DNA from: Pontiella sp. | GTDB taxonomy: Bacteria > Verrucomicrobiota > Kiritimatiellia > Kiritimatiellales > Pontiellaceae | Length of the DNA stretch: 36,436 bases | Direction: 5' to 3' | Assembly (NCBI GenBank): GCA_964195195.1 | Contig: CAXMPN010000001.1 | Span: 2,854 to 39,289, forward strand | Part shown: positions 26,238-34,698 of the stretch, in pieces | Numbering within the stretch: the first letter of the stretch is position 1 | Layout: every line of letters starts with the position of its first letter | Position numbers and translations under genes: made by a program | Notes under the pieces: generated by a model | The model's database searches: none | Seen by the model: only the letters and a program-made list of their open reading frames with translations | What the model was told of the DNA's origin: nothing

Positions 26238-27413
26238 ATGAAAGCAATCCTGATCGTTCTCGACTCGGTGGGCATCGGCGAAGCACCGGACGCGGCAGAC
26301 TACGGCGACGCGGGAAGCGCTACCCTGCCGCATATCGCCGGAGCGGTCGGCGGACTGGCGCTGCCGGCCCTGCAGTCGCTCGGCCTGGGCAATATTCCAC
26401 CGCTATTGCCGAGCGGCCTTCCCATCGAAGGCTGCCCCGCCGTCGCAAAACCGCTGGCCTCGTACGGTGCCATGCGGGAAATTTCCGTAGGAAAGGATAC
26501 CATCACCGGCCATTGGGAGATCGCCGGACTCGAAATTCTTCCGGGCTTCCACGAATTTCCGAAGCAATATCCATCCTTCCCAAAGAACCTGACCGACGCA
26601 TTTGAAAAGGAAACCGGTCGCACCCTCATCGGCAACCAGGCCGCCAGTGGAACGACCATCATCGAAGAACTCGGTGAGGAGCATATGCGCACCGGCGCGT
26701 GGATTGCCTATACCAGTGCCGACTCGGTCATGCAGTTGGCCGCCCACAATGATGTCATTCCCCTCGACGAGCTTTACCGCGGCTGCGAGACCGCACGCCG
26801 CCTCTGCGATCCGCTCAAGGTCGGCCGTGTCATTGCCCGTCCGTTCACCGGCCGGCCCGGCGCATTCCAGCGAACGAAAGACCGGCGCGACTATGCCTAC
26901 ACGCCCGGCGAACCGCTCATCACAGAGCGCCTCTGCAACGCCGGCATTCCGGTCTACGGCGTCGGTAAGATTGAAGATATTGTCGCCCACCGCGGCATCA
27001 CTGAAAGCATTCATTCCGGAAGTACCGCAGAATCGCAAAAGGGCCTGGAGCGGTTTATGGCGAAGAAAGGCGACGGCCTCATCTTCGCCAACTTCATCGA
27101 TTTCGACATGCTATACGGCCATCGGCGCGACCCGGCCGGCTATGCCGACGCGCTTCGGCAGACCGACGCATGGTTGGGCGGCTTTCTTCCAACCCTCGAC
27201 GAAGGCGATGTGCTGATCCTGACCGCAGACCATGGCAATGATCCGACCTACAAGGGGACCGACCATACACGCGAATATGTCCCCTTGCTCGTTTACCAGC
27301 CCGGCAAGCCCGGCAGCAGCCTTGGCATCCGAACAGGCTTTTTCGATATTGCCCAATCGCTTGCAACCCTGTTCAATATTGATTCGATTCCCCGCGGACA
27401 AACGTTCATTTAA
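26238..27413 (+). CDS. deoB: Phosphopentomutase
   Basis: [57 protein letters not shown] and DHTREYVP motifs. Confidence 0.96.
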   Translation: MKAILIVLDSVGIGEAPDAADYGDAGSATLPHIAGAVGGLALPALQSLGLGNIPPLLPSGLPIEGCPAVAKPLASYGAMREISVGKDTITGHWEIAGLEILPGFHEFPKQYPSFPKNLTDAFEKETGRTLIGNQAASGTTIIEELGEEHMRTGAWIAYTSADSVMQLAAHNDVIPLDELYRGCETARRLCDPLKVGRVIARPFTGRPGAFQRTKDRRDYAYTPGEPLITERLCNAGIPVYGVGKIEDIVAHRGITESIHSGSTAESQKGLERFMAKKGDGLIFANFIDFDMLYGHRRDPAGYADALRQTDAWLGGFLPTLDEGDVLILTADHGNDPTYKGTDHTREYVPLLVYQPGKPGSSLGIRTGFFDIAQSLATLFNIDSIPRGQTFI

Positions 27414-27428
27414 CCAAAAGAGAGTGCC

Positions 27429-28025
27429 ATGAAAAAAACGATACGTATGACCACAGTACTGCTCGTACTCGCCTGCGCGGTGTCAGCCGAGGAACCGACC
27501 AAGCCGATGAAGCCCATTCCCCAGAAAGAGATCATCGAAGCCGCGCTCGGCGGAAACCTCGCCATCGTTGAAAAAGCGCTCGCGCAAGGCTACCAGCCCG
27601 ACTCACCGGATCCGGAAGGGCGGACGATCCTTATGTATGCCGCCTTCAACGGACAAACCAATGTCGTGGCGATGCTCCTTACTGCCGGTGCCAATGTGAA
27701 CGCGCAGGACAAGCTCGGGTCCACGGCCCTTATGTTCGCTGCCAGCGGCCCCTTTGCCTCCACCGTCCAATTACTGCTCGACCACGGCGCCAAAATAAAT
27801 ACCGTCGACCATAACGAGCACTGGTCTGCGCTCATGTGGGCCGCCGCCGAAGGGCAGGCCGAAGTCGTCGAGCTGCTGCTTAAAAACGGGGCGGATCCTT
27901 CCCTCAAGGAAGTCGATGGTGACACCGCCGAATCCTTCGCCGCCAAAAACGGCCACACCGCCGTCCTAAAAATCCTGCAAGCCGCCGCCCCGAAAAACCC
28001 GGATATTAAACAAACGGAAGAATAA
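27429..28025 (+). CDS. Secreted ankyrin-repeat protein
   Basis: Signal peptide; four to five G.TALM.AA..G...V..LL..GA repeats. Confidence 0.9.
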   Translation: MKKTIRMTTVLLVLACAVSAEEPTKPMKPIPQKEIIEAALGGNLAIVEKALAQGYQPDSPDPEGRTILMYAAFNGQTNVVAMLLTAGANVNAQDKLGSTALMFAASGPFASTVQLLLDHGAKINTVDHNEHWSALMWAAAEGQAEVVELLLKNGADPSLKEVDGDTAESFAAKNGHTAVLKILQAAAPKNPDIKQTEE

Positions 28026-28087
28026 ACCACGGAACACACCGAATACACGGAACCGAATCACCATTTGTTTTCAGTGTATTCTGTGGT
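28026..28087. repeat. 9-nt periodic inverted-repeat element
   Basis: ACCACGGAA-CACACCGAA-TACACGGAA ... TTCAGTGTA-TTCTGTGGT between the ankyrin and deaminase genes. Confidence 0.65.
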
Positions 28088-28095
28088 CCAATATC

Positions 28096-28569
28096 ATGTC
28101 GTATTCAGAACCATTCATGCGCGAAGCCATTCGGCTCTCCCAGGAAAAGATGGAAGCCGGCGAAGGCGGTCCCTTCGGAGCCGTGGTCGTTAAGGAGGGG
28201 GAAATCGTCGGGCGCGGCTGGAATCGCGTCACCTCTGCCAACGATCCTACCGCCCATGCGGAAGTCGAAGCCATTCGCGACGCCTGCGCCCATCTTGGCT
28301 CCTTCTCACTCGCAGGGTGCGAGATGTATGCCAGTTGCGAACCCTGCCCCATGTGTCTCGCCGCCATCTACTGGGCGCGGCTCGATGCCCTCTATTTTGC
28401 CGCATTGCAAGGCGATGCTGCGGACGCAGGTTTCGACGACGCACTTCTATATGAAGAGATATCAAAGCCGAGAATGGAACGAAAATTGCGTACAGAGCAC
28501 CATTTACAGGACGAGGCGCAACAGGTTTTGAAAGCATGGAAAAACCATCTGAATAAACGGCCGTATTAG
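28096..28569 (+). CDS. Zn-dependent nucleoside/nucleobase deaminase, GuaD-like (guanine deaminase)
   Basis: GGPFGAVVV, DPTAHAEV, SCEPCPMC, AIYWA, AGFDD and a C-terminal Tyr typical of the Bacillus GuaD type. Confidence 0.85.
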   Translation: MSYSEPFMREAIRLSQEKMEAGEGGPFGAVVVKEGEIVGRGWNRVTSANDPTAHAEVEAIRDACAHLGSFSLAGCEMYASCEPCPMCLAAIYWARLDALYFAALQGDAADAGFDDALLYEEISKPRMERKLRTEHHLQDEAQQVLKAWKNHLNKRPY

Positions 28570-28583
28570 CGAAGGAACATGCC

Positions 28584-29039
28584 ATGAACAACAGACGACG
28601 GTTTTTAACCGGTATAGGTTTGGGGGCAGGCTCCCTGCTCGCGGGTTGCGGAACCATCATTTATCCCGACCGGGTCCATCAAGAGGAACGCGGTGACCTC
28701 GATCCCGCCGTTATAATCCTGGACGGAATAGGCCTCTTCATTTTCCTCATTCCGGGTGTCATTGCGTTCGCGGTGGATTTTTCGACGGGAGCCATCTATC
28801 TGCCCGAGGGCAAGAAAACAGACGACAAGGAGCACACCATCTTCGATGATTTTAGCATGCATACCCCCGCCAGCGGAAAGCTTAGTAAAAACGATATAGA
28901 AGCCGTCGTTGCGAAAGCCGCTGGTATGGAAATCAACTTATCGGCCAGCAATGTCCAAGCCATGGAACTCAGCCACATCAATCAGTTCTGGATGGCAAAA
29001 TCCCGCATGTCCGGCGGACACGCTGTGGCGAGGCTCTAA
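28584..29039 (+). CDS. Tat-exported membrane lipoprotein of unknown function
   Basis: RRRFL twin-arginine motif, lipobox LAGC, CGTIIYP, and a hydrophobic hairpin LDGIGLFIFLIPGVIAFAVDF.TGAIY. Confidence 0.78.
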   Translation: MNNRRRFLTGIGLGAGSLLAGCGTIIYPDRVHQEERGDLDPAVIILDGIGLFIFLIPGVIAFAVDFSTGAIYLPEGKKTDDKEHTIFDDFSMHTPASGKLSKNDIEAVVAKAAGMEINLSASNVQAMELSHINQFWMAKSRMSGGHAVARL

Positions 29040-29220
29040 TCCTCCCGGTCATCGTAGTACACTTCCGAACCGCGGGCATCTTCGCGCAGCTGTCCGGCCT
29101 CTACCATGGCCTTTAGCGTCTTGTAGATCTTGTCTTCAGGGGGTTGAACTCACGACCTCCGCAGTTTACCGGACCTGGGAAATATGGGAATTGACTCCGG
29201 CAACGAAGACCACCTCCCCC
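29036..29220 (-). pseudogene. Possible decayed gene remnant (C-terminal winged-helix-like fragment)
   Basis: The minus strand reads EVVFVAGVNSHISQVR*TAEV, then after a frame change PEDKIYKTLKAMVEAGQLREDARGSEVYYDDRED*. Its stop overlaps the stop of the convergent gene. Confidence 0.3.
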
Positions 29221-29274
29221 GAGAGTGATTATTTTCCGGTGGAGGTTCCAGTAAACAACGGTCATACTCGGCGC

Positions 29275-30678
29275 ATGAAAACGATTGGCATCATTGCATT
29301 CATTGTATGTTCAACCGCAATCGCCGCTGGACAGCAAGCCGACCAGCTCTATCGGGAACATTGCATCGACTGCCATGGCGTCCGCTTTCAAGGGGGCAGC
29401 GCGCAGAGCCTCGTCGAAGGTATCTGGCAGTTTGGTGAAGGCGAAGAAGCCGTCGCGCGCAACATCCGGCAGGGCATCGAGCATCACGGCATGCCCGACT
29501 ACGGTGACACCTTGAGCGAATCCGAGATCACGGTACTTGCCCGCTTCCTGATACAATCGGAAAAGAAATACACCACTCAGAAGGAAAAGATTCCAACATC
29601 GCTCGAAACACTCGACTACGACATCGACGTCGAAATATTCGCCGAGGGACTCGAAGTGCCCTGGAGCATCGCCTTCCTGGACAAGGACACCGCACTCGTC
29701 ACCGAACGGCCCGGCCGGTTGCGGGTTATAGATAACGGGCATCTCTTTTCTAAACCCGTCAAAGGCACCCCCAAGGTTGTGGCCGAAGGCCAAGGGGGCC
29801 TGCTTGCCGTAGCGTTCGACCCCGACTATGCCGAGGAAGGCAACCAGTGGGTCTACCTCGCCTACAGCCACGGCCTCGATCCGGAACCGAACGGGAAGCG
29901 ACCCGGAGCCATGACCCGGTTGGTGCGGGGACGGATAAACGGAAACGATTGGACCGATGAACAGGTCATCTTCGAAGCCCCGCACGACACCTATCGAACG
30001 ACCCGAATCCACTACGGTACGCGCATTGTTTTCGACGAAAAGAAAAACCTCTACTTCGCCATCGGCGAACGCGGCGTTGGAGCCGATGCCCAGAATCTGT
30101 CAAAGCCCAACGGAAAGATCCACCGCATTCTCCGCAACGGCGGCATCCCCAGGGACAATCCCTTCCGACACATTAAAACGGCCATGCCCTCTATCTATTC
30201 CTACGGCCACCGCAATCCCCAGGGGCTCGCCATGCACCCGACCAGCGGACGGCTATGGGAATCCGAACATGGTCCGAAGGGCGGCGACGAGATCAACCTG
30301 ATCCAGCCCGGCAAGAATTATGGCTGGCCGATCATCACCTACGGCATTAACTACAACGACACGCCCATCACCGATATCGTTCGCAAGGAGGGTATGGAGC
30401 AGCCCGTTTTCTACTGGCGCCCCTCCACCGCCACCTGCGGTTTGGATTTCTATCATGGCGACCTGTTCCCCAAGTGGAACAACAAATTGCTGGTGGGTGC
30501 ATTGAAGTACGAGGACGTCCGCCTGCTGGATATCGAGAATGACCGCGTCATGCACGAAGAAATCATCCTCAAAAATGCAGGCCGTGTCCGTGACGTCGTT
30601 TGCGGCCCCGACGACGCTGTTTACGTTGTACTCAATGATCCCGGCACCATCCTCCGCCTGGTTCCGCAGAAGGATTAG
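29275..30678 (+). CDS. PQQ-dependent sugar dehydrogenase (sGDH/YliI family) with an N-terminal c-type cytochrome domain
   Basis: Signal peptide; CIDCHG...GMP heme domain; GLEVPWSIAF, TERPGRL, GQGGLL, HYG.RI, YGHRNPQG, EHGPKGGDEIN, NYGWP and GRVRDV motifs. Confidence 0.92.
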   Translation: MKTIGIIAFIVCSTAIAAGQQADQLYREHCIDCHGVRFQGGSAQSLVEGIWQFGEGEEAVARNIRQGIEHHGMPDYGDTLSESEITVLARFLIQSEKKYTTQKEKIPTSLETLDYDIDVEIFAEGLEVPWSIAFLDKDTALVTERPGRLRVIDNGHLFSKPVKGTPKVVAEGQGGLLAVAFDPDYAEEGNQWVYLAYSHGLDPEPNGKRPGAMTRLVRGRINGNDWTDEQVIFEAPHDTYRTTRIHYGTRIVFDEKKNLYFAIGERGVGADAQNLSKPNGKIHRILRNGGIPRDNPFRHIKTAMPSIYSYGHRNPQGLAMHPTSGRLWESEHGPKGGDEINLIQPGKNYGWPIITYGINYNDTPITDIVRKEGMEQPVFYWRPSTATCGLDFYHGDLFPKWNNKLLVGALKYEDVRLLDIENDRVMHEEIILKNAGRVRDVVCGPDDAVYVVLNDPGTILRLVPQKD

Positions 30679-30920
30679 CGACTCCAGATACATTCCCCAT
30701 TCTTGCGGACTTCGCGGATGCGGTGGAAGGGAATGGTCAGCATTTCGCCCTCGATGCATAGGGTGAAGGTAAAATGGTTGCCCTTTTCGATATCCAGCTC
30801 TGCGAGAGGATGGAAGCCGACGGCATCGGCGATGCGGTCGTAGATACCGATCTCGAACGTGCCCCGGCCAAACTCGTCATCCCAGCGGATGCGGTTAAAC
30901 AGCTCCCGGATCGTTTCCAT
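30675..30920 (-). CDS. DUF504 / MJ1316-like RNA-end recognition domain protein
   Basis: I..L.NRIRWD...GxYDR...IPFHRI......G..IW.R signature in 81 aa. Confidence 0.82.
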   Translation of the reverse strand: METIRELFNRIRWDDEFGRGTFEIGIYDRIADAVGFHPLAELDIEKGNHFTFTLCIEGEMLTIPFHRIREVRKNGECIWSR

Positions 30921-30931
30921 AAACGGGATTT

Positions 30932-31012
30932 AAACACCAAGACACAAAGAACACAAAGCTATGTTGGAGGTAGACGTCGCGATCTTCATGACCTTCGTGT
31001 CTTCGTGGTGAA
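30932..31012. repeat. 8-9-nt periodic inverted-repeat element
   Basis: AAACACCAAG-ACACAAAG-AACACAAAG ... CTTCATGAC-CTTCGTGT-CTTCGTGGTGAA; the arms pair with G-U wobbles and some mismatches. Confidence 0.65.
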
Positions 31013-31101
31013 TGCCAGTTGCGAGCGGTTCCAAGCCAACCCCCCCCTCTTTGCACGGAATTCAATGAGGGCATTCGTTGCTCCATCGCCATGCAGTAAA
31101 T

Positions 31102-31130
31102 AAAAAGCCCCGCAAGTTTCCTTGCGGGGC
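31102..31130 (-). terminator. Rho-independent terminator of alaS
   Basis: Perfect stem GCCCCGCAAG-(4 nt)-CTTGCGGGGC followed by TTTTT on the minus strand. Confidence 0.88.
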
Positions 31131-31162
31131 GATCAGTAAAATCCGGTTAAGGCGGCGAAGCA

Positions 31163-33838
31163 CTAGGTATGCATTTCCTTTAGAATACCAGGCACGGCCT
31201 TGATGGCATCGGCGACTTTGGAGCCGTCCTTGCCGCCGGCCTGCGCACGGTCGGGCTTGCCGCCGCCGCCGCCATCGGCGAGTTTGGCAACCGCACCGAT
31301 GAGCTTGCCGGCATGAATGCCTTCTGCCACGAGATCATCGCTGACGGAGCACATGAAGCAGGCTTTTCCATCGGCATGGCTGCCGAGAATGATCACGCCG
31401 CTTTCCAACTTTTGGCGCAGGCGATCCATTAGTTCGCGCAGGGCGTCCATCGGGACTTCTCCGGCGGTGGCAGCCAGCAGCGGCATGTTGTCGACCTGGT
31501 CGGTGAGCGTGATGTGATCGACTTTTGAAAGCAGGGCTTCGATCCCGTGTACCGCGGCCTTCATGCGCGCTTCCTTGAGCTGCTTTTCGGCGGCCTTGGC
31601 CTGGTCGGCCAGCGCTTTTATGCGTTCGGACAGATCGGCCGGTTTCACGCTGAGGCTCTGGCTGAGATTCGTCAACAGTTCGTGTTCCTCCGCCGACCAG
31701 TTCAGCGCCTCCATACCGGTTACCGCTTCGATACGGCGGATGCCGGCAGCGACGGACGATTCGGAAACGATGCGGAAGGGGCCGATATCGCCGGTCATGC
31801 TGACATGCGTTCCCCCGCAGAGTTCCTTGCTGAAATCGCCCACGGTTACCACGCGGACGGTTTCACCGTATTTATCGTCGAACACGGCTTGAATTTCGCC
31901 GGATTTCTGAACGTCGGCCAGCGCCATTTCCACGGTTTGCAGCTCCGAGTTTTTCATGATTTCGTGGCTGACGACCTGCTCAATCTTTCGGAGCTGCTCA
32001 GGCCTGATGGCTTCGAAGTGGTTAAAATCAAAGCGGAGGTAATCGCTCGAGACCATCGATCCCGCCTGCTTGACCGAAGGATCAACCACCTGGCGCAGCG
32101 CAGCATTCAACAGATGCGTTGCCGTATGGTTACGGCGCATTTGCCCGCGGCGGTAGCGGTCGATACCGGCCACGACCTGATCTCCTTTATTCGGCACGCC
32201 ATAGGTTGGATAGCCAATGTGCAGGATAATACCCTCGGCTGTTTTCTGGGTATCGGTAACCTGGAAGCCGAATTCGTGCCCGCGGATTTCTCCATGATCG
32301 CCCTGCTGTCCACCGGACTCGGGATAGAACGGGGTCTCCTGCAGAATGAGGGCACCGGAGTCGAGCACCTCCACGATTTCGGTCTGGATCTGCCCGGTTT
32401 CGTAGCCGACAAACGGCGTTTCCTCGACATCGAGCGATTCGTTTTCAACGAGGACCACCGATTTCTTCGACGCGTGGTCGGAACGGGCTCGTTCGCGCTG
32501 TTCGCTCATTAGATCATCAAACATAGCGGTATCGACCGTGAGTCCGCGCTCGCGGGCCATCAGCTCGGTGAGGTCGAATGGGAAGCCATACGTATCGTAC
32601 AACTTAAAGGCATCGGCACCTGAAATCTGCCCGGCAACCGGATGGATGGACTCGAAAACATCCAGCCCTTTGTCGAGCGTGCGGTTGAAGGATTCCTCTT
32701 CGGCTTTAAGCGTCTTGCCAATGCGGTCCAGGTTTTTAACCAGCTCCGGGAATGCATCGCCGAAGCTGTCGGCAACGATGTCGGCGAGTTTATAGAAGAA
32801 GGGTTCCGAGAAGCCGAGTGTACGGCCATAGCGCACGGCGCGGCGCAGGATGCGGCGCAGGACATAGCCCCGGCCTTCGTTGGAAGGAATGATGCCATCG
32901 GCAATCGAGAACGAGAGGCAGCGGATATGGTCGGCGATCACGCGGAAGGCAACGTCGATGGCTTCCTGCTCGGATTGCTTTGCCGCATCGGCCGGCAACG
33001 TGCTCGAATACTGCTTGCCGCTCAATTTTTCCAATCCGGCGAAGATCGGCGTGAATACATCGGTTTCATAGTTGGAAATGACGCCGGAAAAATCGGTAAA
33101 TCCTTTGGTGCATTGGATAATGGAGCAGGCGCGCTCGAAGCCCATGCCGGTGTCGACATGCTGGGCAGGCAACGGCGCAAAGGTGCCGTCGGCACCGGCG
33201 TTGAACTGCATGAAAACGAGGTTCCATATTTCAATGCAGTCGGCGTTGTCGGCATTCACCATTCCAGCACCGCAATCACCGTTTGGCGTCAGGTCCACGT
33301 GGATTTCAGAACACGGACCACAGGGGCCGGTGTCGCCCATCATCCAGAAATTATCTTTGCGGTTGCCAGGAACCACGCGTTCTTCGGGCAGATAACGCAG
33401 CCACAGTTCCTTGGCTTCCAGATCGGCCTCGCCTTTGTCGTCTCCCCCGAAATAGGTGGCGTAGATCCGCTCCACCGGGAAGCCCCAAATCTTGGTAATC
33501 AGCTCCCACGACCAGTCGATGGCCTCCTGCTTGAAGTAGTCGCCGAACGACCAGTTGCCGAGCATTTCAAAAAAGGTGTGGTGGTAGGTGTCGAGGCCGA
33601 CATCATCGAGGTCGTTATGCTTACCGCCGGCGCGGATGCATTTCTGGGTATCGGCGACTCGGCCGGGGGTGTAGGGACAGGCCAACTGGCCGAGGAAGAT
33701 CGGAACAAACTGGTTCATGCCCGCGTTGGTGAACAGCAGGTTCGGCGCGTCCGGCATCAGGCTGCCTGATTTCACGATCGTGTGCTGCTTCGATTCAAAA
33801 AAATCCAGAAACGACTGACGGATTTCCTTCGATGTCAT
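31163..33838 (-). CDS. alaS: Alanine--tRNA ligase
   Basis: LLFTNAGMNQF, QKCIRAGGKHNDL, HHTFFEMLGNWSFGDYFK, DTGMGFER, NHTATHLL, ELCGGTH and GGGGK...AQAGG motifs. Confidence 0.98.
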   Translation of the reverse strand: MTSKEIRQSFLDFFESKQHTIVKSGSLMPDAPNLLFTNAGMNQFVPIFLGQLACPYTPGRVADTQKCIRAGGKHNDLDDVGLDTYHHTFFEMLGNWSFGDYFKQEAIDWSWELITKIWGFPVERIYATYFGGDDKGEADLEAKELWLRYLPEERVVPGNRKDNFWMMGDTGPCGPCSEIHVDLTPNGDCGAGMVNADNADCIEIWNLVFMQFNAGADGTFAPLPAQHVDTGMGFERACSIIQCTKGFTDFSGVISNYETDVFTPIFAGLEKLSGKQYSSTLPADAAKQSEQEAIDVAFRVIADHIRCLSFSIADGIIPSNEGRGYVLRRILRRAVRYGRTLGFSEPFFYKLADIVADSFGDAFPELVKNLDRIGKTLKAEEESFNRTLDKGLDVFESIHPVAGQISGADAFKLYDTYGFPFDLTELMARERGLTVDTAMFDDLMSEQRERARSDHASKKSVVLVENESLDVEETPFVGYETGQIQTEIVEVLDSGALILQETPFYPESGGQQGDHGEIRGHEFGFQVTDTQKTAEGIILHIGYPTYGVPNKGDQVVAGIDRYRRGQMRRNHTATHLLNAALRQVVDPSVKQAGSMVSSDYLRFDFNHFEAIRPEQLRKIEQVVSHEIMKNSELQTVEMALADVQKSGEIQAVFDDKYGETVRVVTVGDFSKELCGGTHVSMTGDIGPFRIVSESSVAAGIRRIEAVTGMEALNWSAEEHELLTNLSQSLSVKPADLSERIKALADQAKAAEKQLKEARMKAAVHGIEALLSKVDHITLTDQVDNMPLLAATAGEVPMDALRELMDRLRQKLESGVIILGSHADGKACFMCSVSDDLVAEGIHAGKLIGAVAKLADGGGGGKPDRAQAGGKDGSKVADAIKAVPGILKEMHT

Positions 33839-33900
33839 TTTCACAACCTTCTTTCCATAAAACAAAAGCCGCTGCACCCGGTCAGCGGAAAGCAGGCGAC

Positions 33901-33929
33901 TTTATACTGGGATTGCCATGGCGATGCAA
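33901..33929 (-). promoter_or_regulatory. Putative sigma70 promoter of alaS
   Basis: TTGCAT-N17-TATAAA on the minus strand, about 60 nt upstream of the ATG. Confidence 0.5.
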
Positions 33930-34075
33930 TGGTGGAATCACCGCTAAACACACCGGATTGAACATTAGGCTCGAAATTAGGGTCTTACGCTATAATGCGG
34001 ATCACTTTATCTGGTTTTTGTTGCCGGAACATGTATGATTTCTGAACTTTCAAGTGGTTTATGAGGAGGTTTATG

Positions 34076-34681
34076 ATGAGAATCCATCTTCGAACGATAG
34101 TGTTATTAGTCGCACTTGCGGCCTTAACGTCAGCGAGGGCCGCAACCAACCATTTTGCCTGCGGTGCCAACAGCGGATTTTCCGCATATATAATCAATGC
34201 CGAGTTCAACCCGGACCTTACATTGGTTAGGGGGTTCACCTATACGTTTATCTTGAACGCCACGGGACATCCCTTCTGGATTAAGACTATCCAAGGCACT
34301 GGCACCGGCAATGCCTATAATCCTGGTGTCACAGGAAACGGCACGCAAAATGGAACCGTCACTTTTTCCGTGCCCACCAATGCGCCGAATCTATTGTACT
34401 ACAACTGTGAGTTTCATATTGCCATGACTGGTAAGCTGAACATCATCGATTCACCAAACGTCCAGATCACAGAGTTCAACGTAGGTCTGTCCGCAGTGAT
34501 TCATTCGACCGGCACCGATGCGCTGAACGTCAACGTCCAAACGAGTACGAACTTATCACCCACCGTATGGCAAGATGCCACCATCCAATCCAATGTGTAC
34601 CAAAACGGAACGAATACAACACATGTCGACCTACCGGCCAGCGATGACGCCTTCTTCCAGGTTGAGCAGGGATTCTTCTAA
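34076..34681 (+). CDS. Secreted cupredoxin-like (type-1 copper motif) protein with a PVC-type C-terminal domain
   Basis: Signal peptide ending ARA; NPDLTLVRG.TY.F, GHPF and YYNCEFHIAM.G give H...C-x2-H-x2-M ligands; tail VQTSTNL...W...FFQV; RBS AGGAGG. Confidence 0.75.
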   Translation: MRIHLRTIVLLVALAALTSARAATNHFACGANSGFSAYIINAEFNPDLTLVRGFTYTFILNATGHPFWIKTIQGTGTGNAYNPGVTGNGTQNGTVTFSVPTNAPNLLYYNCEFHIAMTGKLNIIDSPNVQITEFNVGLSAVIHSTGTDALNVNVQTSTNLSPTVWQDATIQSNVYQNGTNTTHVDLPASDDAFFQVEQGFF

Positions 34682-34698
34682 TCTGTTTCCCCCAGCCG

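Noticed and set aside
23545-28569. Purine salvage operon (apt, deoB, GuaD-like)
   Set aside because: The genes are separated by terminators and opposite-strand genes, so this is loose clustering only.
28909-29274. 122-aa N-terminal extension of the PQQ dehydrogenase
   Set aside because: It overlaps the upstream gene, and the signal peptide begins at 29275.
28026-31012. CRISPR array
   Set aside because: The repeats are short, inverted and not separated by unique spacers, and there are no cas genes.
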